Below, one piece after another: positions 39,539-48,517 of a stretch of 54,160 nucleotides of DNA. The translations under genes and the position numbers were made by a program. Under the pieces are notes generated by a model. The model was not told the DNA's origin and did no database searches. It saw nothing but the letters and a program-made list of their open reading frames with translations. Positions within the stretch are counted from its first letter, which is position 1, and each line of letters begins with the position of its first letter. The stretch lies in IMG/VR virus record IMGVR_UViG_3300029305_003293, positions 1-54,160 of that record; one strand, written 5' to 3'. Origin of the DNA: a virus (taxonomy: Duplodnaviria; Heunggongvirae; Uroviricota; Caudoviricetes).

Positions 39539-40405
39539 ATGATTAATTTTTATCTTCCAGATTTTTATTATTATTACAATTTAAATATGGTTTTAATTAA
39601 TATATTAAAAAAAAATCCGGATTATTTTTATGATAATATAAAAATAGCAGCAATTTATGGCTCTTTTCCTGGACAAATATGGAATGGAGGTAGATTAGTT
39701 AGTGGTTTTTCTTATTCGGACAATATTGAAGCAACAATTAACAATTATAATGATTTAAATATTCCTATTAGACTTACCTATACTAATCCACTTTTGGATG
39801 AAACTCATTTAAATGATACATATTGTAATTTTATTACAAAAATTGCTAATAATGGGATGAATGAAATTGTTGTTAATTCTTAGATTTTGGAAGAATATTT
39901 AAGAGAAAAATATCCAAATTTTAAATATATTCTTTCAACTACAAAAAATATTCGAGATGTAAATGAAATAAATAAAAAAAGTAAAAAATATGATTTAATT
40001 GTAACTGATTATAGAGATAATAATAATGATATTTTTCTTAATAAAATAGAAAAAAAAGATAAAATAGAATTATTAATTAATGAATATTGTTCTCCTAATT
40101 GTAATCAAAGAGCTAATCATTATAAAGAATATGCGAAAGCACAATTAAATTTTATTTCTTTTCCTAATTTTTCTTTTGAGTGTAAATGTGGAGTAAGCAA
40201 TTTTTTTGAAAGTTTAAAACTTCCTACGGTTATAAAAGTTGAAGAACTATATAATAAATATTTAAAAATGGGTTTTAATAATTTTAAAATTGTTGGTCGT
40301 TCTATTCATATTTTAAATGTTATTGAAAGCTATGTTTATTATTTGGTAAAACCTGAATATAAAGATTTGGTAAGATTTGAATTAACACATTCCTGTTGGA
40401 ATTAA
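39539..40405 (+). CDS. Putative U32-family-like TIM-barrel enzyme (288 aa, one TAG)
   Basis: ORFs 39539 and 39887 are joined by TAG 39881-39883. Motifs IYGS...WNGGR, RLTYTN, ELLINEYCSPNCNQRANHY and FKIVGR resemble the U32-like family. Very AT-rich. Confidence 0.5.
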
Positions 40406-40424
40406 AATGGGAGGAAAATAACAA

Positions 40425-40697
40425 ATGAATTATGCACTAATTGAAAACAACATCATCACCAACATCATCTGGCTCTATCCCGGCAACGCATCCGATTTCC
40501 CGAATGCTGTGCCGTTAGATGATGTGCCTGCGAGCATAGGTGATGAATATATAGATGGAATATTTTACCGCAATGGTGAAAGAATCTTGACAGAAGTAGA
40601 AAATTTGCGTATAATTAATTAGGAGCAAGCAGAAACTATTGCTGAATTAGATTCTGCACTTTTGGACACTACATATGCAAATTTAGTAGGTGAATAA
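40425..40697 (+). CDS. Small tail-fibre-associated protein (90 aa)
   Basis: GGAGG RBS; MNYALIENNIITNIIWL is a type of gene commonly found after glycine-rich tail genes; reads through TAG 40620-40622. Confidence 0.75.
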
Positions 40698-40700
40698 TAA

Positions 40701-41243
40701 ATGGGAAAAGTTTTGTTTTTAAAAAATCTTACTCATACTAATATAATTGAAGCGCCAGAAACTGGCCCTGAACTTTTAAGTGATGCAACTGTTACTGCGC
40801 TTGCTAACAAAGGTGTTACTGCCGAGACTGGAGTATCTACTACTGATGATTTACCTAATTTAATTAATAGTATTGAATTAGGCACAAAAGTTTAGATTAA
40901 AACGGGATTTGTTACTCTAGGTGGGGATTATGGTAGTGCTACTGTAAATTGTGGCTTTGTTCCAGATTTAGTTATTTTACCACTTGAAGCAACTATAACT
41001 ACTGACTATGGAACTATGGAATATAACACTGTAGTAGATTTTTTACATAGATCTACTTCTTATCCGTTAGATGCGCTTTCAGCGGTTATGTTTGGAAATG
41101 TAGTATTTGAAAATCATACAGTTATGGATACAACTTCAAATGGTTTTGAAATTCAAGGCTGTTGGTTTGTAAATATTAGTGATGGTTCTGTTAATTTTGT
41201 TACTGGTACTTCAGTAGAATATGTAGCAGTAAAATATACTTAA
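40701..41243 (+). CDS. Accessory tail protein (180 aa)
   Basis: ORFs 40701 and 41016 are in frame through TAG; ends TAA. Confidence 0.7.
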
Positions 41244-41257
41244 CATTGGAGGAAAAT

Positions 41258-41410
41258 ATGAGTAATGTAATTTACAATGCTTGTAAGCGCACTATTCAAC
41301 GCGGCAATTATATTATTGAAGATATTAATCTTAAATTAGATGCTTTTGTTAAAGCAGAATTAATTACTAATGAACAATATGAAGAATTAAAGAATATAAT
41401 GGAGGGATAA
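41258..41410 (+). CDS. Small XkdX-like protein (50 aa; missing from ORF track)
   Basis: GGAGG RBS; KLDAFVKAELITNEQYEELK resembles small XkdX-like fibre partner proteins. Confidence 0.6.
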   Translation: MSNVIYNACKRTIQRGNYIIEDINLKLDAFVKAELITNEQYEELKNIMEG

Positions 41411-41413
41411 TAT

Positions 41414-42599
41414 ATGGCATTTTTAAAGCCTTAGAATCCCCATTAAAAAAGGTGAGGATTTTGTTTATCCTCTTACTACCGTTGATTAGATTATTTTAGA
41501 TGATAATTCTAGATTAAATTCTAAAATGGTAACGGTAGATTTAGATACTGAAAATGATGAAGTTTCAGAACTTCCCACAAGAGATGCGGAAACACTTGGC
41601 GGTATTCCTGCTAGTGAATATGCTTTAAAAGAAAATATTCCATCTCTTGAACCCTATGCATTAAAGATTGATACTGCTCCTGATTCTGCGATGCTGGGCG
41701 GCAAGGCCCCGGAATATTACATTTAGCCAAAAAATTTGCTGGACAACTCGGATTTCACGAACCCGGTGTGTTAGAGGGGTACAGATGTTCTTACATCCGC
41801 AGTTTCTGGCTATAAACTGGATCGATGGAAGCAAAATACAGGTGCAACAAATCTTGAACTATTATCCAACGGCGTTAAAATTACTAATACCAATGCTGGA
41901 AATGGTGCGTTCATGCTGTAGCAGATAGTAAAGTAGCCGCAGCGATTTGCAAATAAAGCATTAACGCTTGCTTTAAAAGTAAATGAAGTATCCAGCACAA
42001 ATGGGGTGTATGCACATGCGTTTATCGGATTTGTGTATGGAACTAGAGTATATACAAGCACTATTACAGCGCCAGGAATCTATATTGCCGTTCTAGAGCC
42101 ACAGAGCATAATGGATGACCTGACTGTTTGTGTTCGTCAAAATGGTGCAAGCACAGATGCAACGAACACAATAACCATCGAATGGATTGCCCTATACGAG
42201 GGTGCGTACACAATTGACACCCTACCGCCATATGTACCGAAGGAAAAAAATGCGGAATTGGATGCATGTCATGAACAACTGTATTATTTTGACTAGCTTT
42301 ATCAATTTATTGGTTCTGGATTTATAGCAATAGATGGAAACTACGCCCTTATATCTCTTCCAGTCCCTTATCTTAACGCAGACGCAAGGCCGACTGTGAT
42401 AGGAAATGTTCACATTGCAATTCCTACAGCAGCATTCGATGCTGCTCCAACTACATCTACTTTTTCAGCGGAACTCGCTAGCGATGGTTGGATTAGATTG
42501 CAATGTACGTTTGACACAACAGACACAACGATTGCTGGACAGCCTTGTGCTATTACAATCAGATCTGGCGATTTTCTACAAATCAGCCGCGAATTATAA
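41414..42599 (+). CDS. Tail fibre/receptor-binding protein, out of frame at CCCC 41438-41441
   Basis: ATG 41414 with GGAGG gives MAFLKPQNPH then TAA. Removing one C gives KPQNPIKKGEDFVYPLTTVDQII, matching the N-terminus of the paralogue at 43090 (KPQSPL...VFPLTTYDQVI). The body contains NLLDNSDFTNPVCQRG. Confidence 0.7.
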
Positions 42600-42611
42600 G
42601 GAGGAAACACA

Positions 42612-42974
42612 ATGGACGACTATATAGAGCAACCTTATATTGTTTACATCAAACCAGATGATGCACACCGTATCACTGCTGTAAATTCTAATGCGTTTCT
42701 TACTAACCTTACAGGATGGATGGAGATTGATCGGGGGTATACTCAACACTATTATCACGCGTAGGGCAATTACTTTCCTGATACCATTATGGACTAGCGT
42801 GGTATTTATCGTTATCTTTACACGCCTGATACTGAGCCCAAATGGCGCGAGCGAACGCAAGAAGAGATGGATGCGGATTATGTGGAGCCAACACCAACAC
42901 CCTCTCAATTAGATATCATTGAAGCTCAGGTAACCTACACTGCGATGATGACAGACACCCTGTTGGAGGTATAA
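42612..42974 (+). CDS. Tail fibre assembly/chaperone-like protein (120 aa; missing from ORF track)
   Basis: GAGGA RBS; contains ITAVNSNAFL...WMEIDRG...HAQGNYF where Q is TAG; ends TAA. Confidence 0.75.
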
Positions 42975-42977
42975 CCA

Positions 42978-43097
42978 ATGAAAGAAAAAATTATTAAATG
43001 GTATAAACTTGGACTGTGGACAAAAGAAATGGTTCAAAATGCCGTATTAAAAAATATTCTTACTCAAGAAGAAGCGGAGGAAATAATTAATGAATAA
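42978..43097 (+). CDS. XkdX-family small protein (39 aa)
   Basis: GGAGG RBS; MKEKIIKWYKLGLWTKEMVQNAVLKNILTQEEAEEII matches the XkdX pattern. Confidence 0.75.
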   Translation: MKEKIIKWYKLGLWTKEMVQNAVLKNILTQEEAEEIINE

Positions 43098-43557
43098 TTA
43101 TAAACCGCAAAGTCCATTAATAGTTAATGGAAATGGTGTTTTCCCATTAACTACTTATGATCAAGTTATAATGAATGATGGTTCTCGCTGGAACGGTGAA
43201 GCTAATAATATTCATATTGGTGAGAATGAGCCGGATGTAAAATATAAAGTATGGATTGATACTTCGGAAGAAACAACTACTGAATTGATGCGTTCTGACA
43301 GTATCATTTATATTGGTTTTTCTATTAATACAGAAGATTGGATTGACAATACTTATACTTTTAATCGAGCAGGTATTACTACATCTCATGTAGTAATTAA
43401 TCTTACTTTAGATGCAAATTCTCAAAAAAATCAAGTATCTGCATTAAATTGGGAAACTACACAAGATAATGTAATTTTATCAACTGAAACCATTCCATCT
43501 GGAAATATTACTGGATATATGATTTTACTTCCAGTAATTGATAGAACTAATGGATAA
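43090..43557 (+). CDS. Accessory tail protein (155 aa)
   Basis: Intact ORF; its N-terminus is paralogous to that of 41414. Confidence 0.7.
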   Translation: MNNYKPQSPLIVNGNGVFPLTTYDQVIMNDGSRWNGEANNIHIGENEPDVKYKVWIDTSEETTTELMRSDSIIYIGFSINTEDWIDNTYTFNRAGITTSHVVINLTLDANSQKNQVSALNWETTQDNVILSTETIPSGNITGYMILLPVIDRTNG

Positions 43558-43592
43558 AAAAATCCTCTTCTATAATTTAGAAGAGGATTTTT
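43558..43592 (+). terminator. Rho-independent terminator
   Basis: AAATCCTCTTCTA/TAGAAGAGGATTT stem with A and T flanks. Confidence 0.75.
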
Positions 43593-43620
43593 AAAATTAT
43601 AGTAAAGGAGTGGCTGAAGA

Positions 43621-44475
43621 TTGGCTACTTTTAAATATAGAGATAATAATGGAAATTTTATTTCAATGCCTGCCTTTAAAGGTGATAAAGGCGATCAAGG
43701 TGTTAGTATTTTAAAAGTTGAATAGACTACTACTTCATCTGAATCAAATGGTGAAAATATTATTACTGTTACTTTAACCAATGGACAAAGATTTAATTTC
43801 TCAATGCGCAATGGCGCAAAAGGTGAGACTGGTAACCATGGCGGCATTTAGGCAGTAACAACATCTGAAACGCCTGGTTTTATTAGTGTTACAAAGCAAG
43901 ACGGCACAATAGAAGATATCAGTATCGGTGCAGCATTAAACCTCATGCAAGATTCAACTACAACTAAGTCATATGTTTTAGGCACTACGTCTATAGATGA
44001 TATGGATTTAAAATTTAGCACTGGTGTTTATGTTGATTGCGCAAATGGTGTTCTTTATGGCGCGGCTTGGAACGATTATGCTGAATTCCGCGATCAAAAT
44101 GAATCCATTGAACCCGGTTATGTTGTCTATTGTGATGACGATGGAAAAGTGAAGAAAACAATTGAAAAACTTCAAAAATTTGAAGGTGTTGTTTCTGATA
44201 CTTATGGTTTTAGTATTGGTGAAACTGATACTTGTAAGACTCCTCTTGCAGTTTCTGGTAGAGTATTAGTTTATGCCGACCCTGAAGAAGAACATTTCCA
44301 TTCTGGTGATGCAGTTTGCGCGGGTCCAGATGGTTTAATATATAGAATGACAAGAGAAGAAATTATGGAATTTCCTGATCGTATTGTTGGTATTGTTTCT
44401 GAAATTCCAACTTATGACACTTGGGGAACTAATAATATTTCTGTAAACGGACGCATTTGGATAAAGGTGAGATAA
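43621..44475 (+). CDS. Tail spike/fibre protein with a C-terminal autocleaving chaperone-like (peptidase G2-like) domain (284 aa)
   Basis: TTG after AAGGAG; collagen-like GDKGDQG and VEQTTTS (Q=TAG); C-terminal WNDYAEFR...GVVSD...AVSGRVLV...GIVS. Confidence 0.65.
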
Positions 44476-44478
44476 AAT

Positions 44479-44970
44479 ATGGTTGGATCAAAAGAATTAT
44501 ATGATATTTTTGAAGTAATTTATCCAGTCGGAATTATTATTGAGCTTGCTACCGACGCCAATCCTAAAGATTTATTTGGGATTGGCGAATGGGAGTAGAT
44601 TAAAGATAGGTTTATTTTAGCGGCTGGAGAATCTCATAATCTTGACGAAACAGGCGGGTATTCTGAAACTCAATTAACTGTTTCTCATATGCCTTCTCAC
44701 ACACATGGAACTGGAAAAACTTCTTCAGCGAGTACTTATCCAGAATATTATTTTACAGTGAATAGAAGTACTTCTACATCTGCAGTTGGAAGAATGGGAT
44801 TGGCTTCTGGTTCATCATATTACGCAATGGGAACTAATACTAGCGCTTCTGACTCTATAGGTATTGATGATATTATTCAAATATCTAAAACTGGTGCGAC
44901 AGGAGAAGGTAAAGCCTTCTCCAATATGCCACCTTATTATGTCGCCTATATGTGGAAGAGGGTGGCGTAA
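44479..44970 (+). CDS. Baseplate/fibre protein with a T4 gp10 C-terminal-like domain (163 aa)
   Basis: IYPVG...NP...FG.GEWEQIKDRFILAAG...MPSHTH...NMPPYYVAYMWKRVA; joined to ORF 44689 through one TAG. Confidence 0.75.
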
Positions 44971-45569
44971 TTGAAAGGTATATTAACCGCCCCCCTATTC
45001 AAATTTTAAGTAAATCTGGTTCTACAATTTCTTTATCTGGACCAGGTTTACCAACTTAGACAATAACAGATAATAATACCACTTATAATGTAGCAACAGC
45101 ATCAGTCAATGGATTGTTAAGCGCTGATGATAAAGTTGCTCTTGACAAATTGAAAGAAGAATCTCCATATTTTTTAACTTATTATACTACAACTACTGGG
45201 GATACTGAAATAAGTGGAACAACAGTAGTAAAATTTAATGTAAAAGTTAGAGATACACATAATTCTTATGATACATCAACTGGTAAGTATACTGTCCCAA
45301 TAGCTGGAATATATTTATTTAATTTTAATTATTATACAAATAATAATACAACAGGAGGCTCTTATCGTCCTTGTATTCATATCGATGGAGGAGACTCGAG
45401 TGCAACTGTGCAAATGAGCTCTATGGCACCTGGCAGTATCTCAGTAATCGCCAGAATGCCAGAAGGAGCAACTGCCTATGTTGGTCCTTATTCTTCTAGT
45501 TATAAAATGGCTTTTTATGCAGGATTTTTACATACTAGTTTTAGTGGTACATTATTATCTTATATTTAA
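44971..45569 (+). CDS. C1q-like-domain tail protein, out of frame at C6 44990-44995
   Basis: TTG at 44971 after GAGGGTGG stops at TAA 45007-45009. One extra C gives MKGILTAPPIQILSK... in frame with the C1q-like body (SYDTSTGKYTVPIAGIYLFNF). Confidence 0.65.
44990..44995 (+). repeat. C6 homopolymer tract
   Basis: ACCG-CCCCCC-TATT, about 7 codons after the start. Confidence 0.9.
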
Positions 45570-45590
45570 TATAAAGGGAATGATTTATTT

Positions 45591-45949
45591 ATGATAGGCA
45601 TTGCAGCCCCCCCCTGTTAAATAAAATATTAGAAATTAATTCTTTATATAATAAATTAAATAATGAAAAAGCAATTACTTTTGAACAAGAAATTGTAATT
45701 GAAACTACTGACTGGAATGATACTGCTCCTTATATTTGCACTAAAGAAATGGATGGAGTTATTCTTGGAGATAAGCCTTTTGTAGATATTAATTTGGATT
45801 ATTATTCTACATTAGATGAAAAATTATCAGCAAAAGAGAATTGGATATATGTAGATGATATTTCAGGAGGAATGAATAATGTTATTTTTACTTGTTTAGA
45901 AAATAAACCTGAAGTAACATTATCTATTTCTTGTAAGGTGGTGCATTAA
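45591..45949 (+). CDS. Accessory tail protein, out of frame at C8 45607-45614
   Basis: ATG 45591 gives MIGIAAPPC then TAA. C6 or C9 would give an open frame containing EIVIETTDWNDTAPY...FTCLENKPEVTL, homologous to the C-terminal domain of 37614. The body frame has no ATG/GTG/TTG between TGA 45581 and the tract. Confidence 0.7.
45607..45614 (+). repeat. C8 homopolymer tract
   Basis: GCAG-CCCCCCCC-TGTTAA. Confidence 0.95.
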
Positions 45950-45951
45950 TA

Positions 45952-46710
45952 ATGAGTGGTTTTATTACTCGTCGTGGCGGAGGAAGTAATTTAAAAATTA
46001 TTCAAGCAACTTCATTACCATCAAAAGGAAAAGATGGACAATTAATTATTATTAGCTCTATTCCAATTAATAATATTACTTATAATACAACAACAACTAA
46101 ACCAAGCAATCCTGTAAATGGAGATCTTTTTATTTGTTTTGGGATATCTGATTATCATAAAGTATTACAATATACAACAACAAACTCTTGGAATAGCGTA
46201 GATAGTTATGTGTGGATCAATAGTAGTTGGATTTAGTTTACTCGTAAATCTTTAGTAATTTTTGATGGAATTTTACATGATTCTTATTCAACTTTACAAG
46301 TAAGAAAAGGTTCTGGTGGTTCATCAGGATATTGGAAAGTAACTTCTTCAGTCTTAAAATTATATGCTCCTGCAGCGACAGAGTCTTGCTAGTTAGGTAG
46401 TTTTTCTAATAAAATTGATACTGGAGCTTGGTCAACTTGTTCTGTTAAAGCTACGGTGCGAGGATGGAATGGTGGTTGGTGGGGTTTTGCGCCGGCTTTT
46501 GCTTCTGTGGGAATATTATCTTCTAATTATACCACTGGATATACAAAAATTCAAAGACCAACTACTACATCCAATTCATCTGTCACAGGAATTTATAATA
46601 TTGATGTTAGCAGTTTAACCGGGACTTACGATTTAGTATTTGGTATTGCAGGATCGGGAGGGTCTAATTATACAGGAGAATTTAATATTAGTTCTATTAT
46701 TTTAACTTAA
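45952..46710 (+). CDS. Receptor-binding-type tail protein (252 aa, two TAG)
   Basis: MSGFITRRGGGS start; ORFs 45952 and 46456 are in frame; Ser/Thr/Gly beta-rich C-terminus. Confidence 0.7.
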
Positions 46711-46718
46711 AAATTTTT

Positions 46719-46754
46719 CGGGTGCACTTTGTTAAGAAGTCGCACCCAATTTTT
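46719..46754 (+). terminator. Terminator hairpin followed by TACTATAT
   Basis: GGGTGC-ACTT...AAGT-C-GCACCC followed by AATTTTT. Confidence 0.65.
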
Positions 46755-46763
46755 ACTATATAG

Positions 46764-47090
46764 TGAAGGGAAGGAGATTTCCTTAACAAGAGCAATTCTT
46801 TACAGTAGTAAAGTCTGGGCGACGACGGTTAAGAAATCATATCTAAACTTCAAGATATAATGTGAGGGAAGGAACCAGTGGGCTCCTTCAGTAACTTCAC
46901 AGTTAACCTACGCGAGTATGTTTATCCACAGTGTTGTTACAGACGCTGCTGGAAAAACATATGGAGGATTAATAAGCAGATGTTGTGTTGGCACTAACGC
47001 CGTTTTGAGATATACATATAATTATAGGGTCTGCTTCCTCAGTTTAAATTTGGTGCGCCCTTTGGGCACCTGTGGGTAAACTACTTCAGC
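46764..47090 (+). ncRNA. Candidate structured non-coding RNA (family unrecognised)
   Basis: A ~330-nt non-coding gap, more GC-rich than its flanks, with at least 12 nested complementary pairings (listed in findings). Strand is inferred from the upstream -10-like TACTAT. Confidence 0.6.
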
Positions 47091-47125
47091 GACAGGGCAA
47101 GAATATTGGAGAGTTTTTGGTTTTT

Positions 47126-48517
47126 ATGTTTTTAGGTTTAACATTAAAGAAAACGAGCAATATTAACTACCATGGGGCCACTGAAGTAGTTTTAGAGCTT
47201 GAGGACTATATAGCAGGATGCGTCGCCCAAGAAATCGGCGATGCCCATTTAGAAGCATGTAAGGCGCAAGCAATCGCCGCGCGAACGAATTGCCAGCCTT
47301 ATATATTAAATAACAAAATGGCATCAGACCAATCCTCAACTTTCCAAGCATACGAAGGTTCCAAAGCCAAATATCCTAATCCAAACAAAGCAGCCCAAGA
47401 GACAAAATCAATGGTTCTAATTTACAATGGCAAAATTGCCTTACCGGCATCTTTTTCGGCAAACAATGGAGGCAAAATGACATCATCCGCTGAACGCTGG
47501 GGAGGCACGCGCAACTGGCTCATTTCGAAGGAAGATCCATATGATGTAGGTCAAAAGACCGGTCACGGGGTCGGAATGAGCTAGCGTGGAGCCAAACGAA
47601 TGGCCGAATTGGGTTATACTTATTTAGAAATTTTACAGTTCTATTATCCAGGAACTGAAATAGGCTTATTAAATGAAGATGGGAGTGTTAAACTTATGGA
47701 TAAGGCTTCTATCGTCAAAGAATGGGCGCTATCAAAAAAAGATTGTGGATATGTTTGGGGCGCGACCGGATATACCCTTACTCAGTCTAAATTAAATGAG
47801 TTGATTAATCAATATCCGCAATATGTTTCGCAATCCAAAAACGGCAAATGGATCGGCAAGCAAGTTTTTGATTGTGCTTCTTTTGTTCGATTCGCTTTAA
47901 AAGAAATTAATATATCAATGGTTTCCGGGGCTTCCAGCCAATGGAAAAAGACTAATTGGGAAGTAAAAGGAACAATTGATACTTTACCTAAAGATAAAGT
48001 ATGTATTTTATATCGTGAAGCACCTACTGCAAATCCAATGTAGCATACCGGCATTTATCTCGGTGATGGCAATGTAATGGATGCAAGAGGTAGTTCATCT
48101 GGAGTAGTTTATTCTGCTCTTGGTAAATATCCTTGGACTCATTGGGCAATTCCAAAAGGTCTTTACGATAATTTAGATTTAAAAGATTAGGAGGTTTTAC
48201 CAGTGCTTTATCAAGCAACAGTCGTAGCAACTTCTGGATCAACAGTAAGAATGCGTTCAGAAATGTCAAGCGCAGCAAGTGTTCTCAAGCAAATCAAGCT
48301 TGGTAAGACCGTTGATGTAGTAGCCGAATATGATGGTTGGAAAAAGATTGTTTATGAAAATCAAACCGGCTATATGATGGATAAATTTTTACAGAAGATT
48401 GAGGCTCCTACCCAGGGAACTTGGTATGTAAAAGTAGAATGTGGGAGTGAAGAAAATGCAAGAGCAATTGCAGAAGCCCTTAAACTCTGCGGCAACGCAA
48501 CGGCGTTAGAGGGCTAA
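47126..48517 (+). CDS. Endolysin: SpoIID/LytB-like + NlpC/P60-like + SH3b (463 aa, three TAG)
   Basis: GHGVGMS*RGA matches the SpoIID motif GHGVGMSQxGA. Also FDCASFV and M*HTGIYLGDG (NlpC/P60 Cys/His) and VRMRSEMS...GWKKIVYENQTGYM (SH3). All in one frame to TAA 48515-48517. Confidence 0.9.

Noticed and set aside
37614-46710. Diversity-generating retroelement or invertible shufflon acting on the tail genes
   Set aside because: No reverse transcriptase, adenine-variant TR/VR pair, recombinase or inverted gene cassettes were seen in this window. All genes are on the + strand, so G9/C8 inversion would not create new fusions.
46805-46822. RNase P RNA (AAAGTCTGGGC resembles the conserved GAGGAAAGUCCGGGC)
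   Set aside because: I found no complementary P4 3' strand or CR-V motif downstream. A cmscan run would settle this.
46764-47110. Group I/II intron, tmRNA, SRP RNA or c-di-GMP riboswitch (GTGCGCCC, AAGATATA, GGAAGGAA, ACAGGGCAA fragments)
   Set aside because: Only isolated short matches are present, with no interrupted gene, domain V, tRNA-like ends or correct flanking helices.
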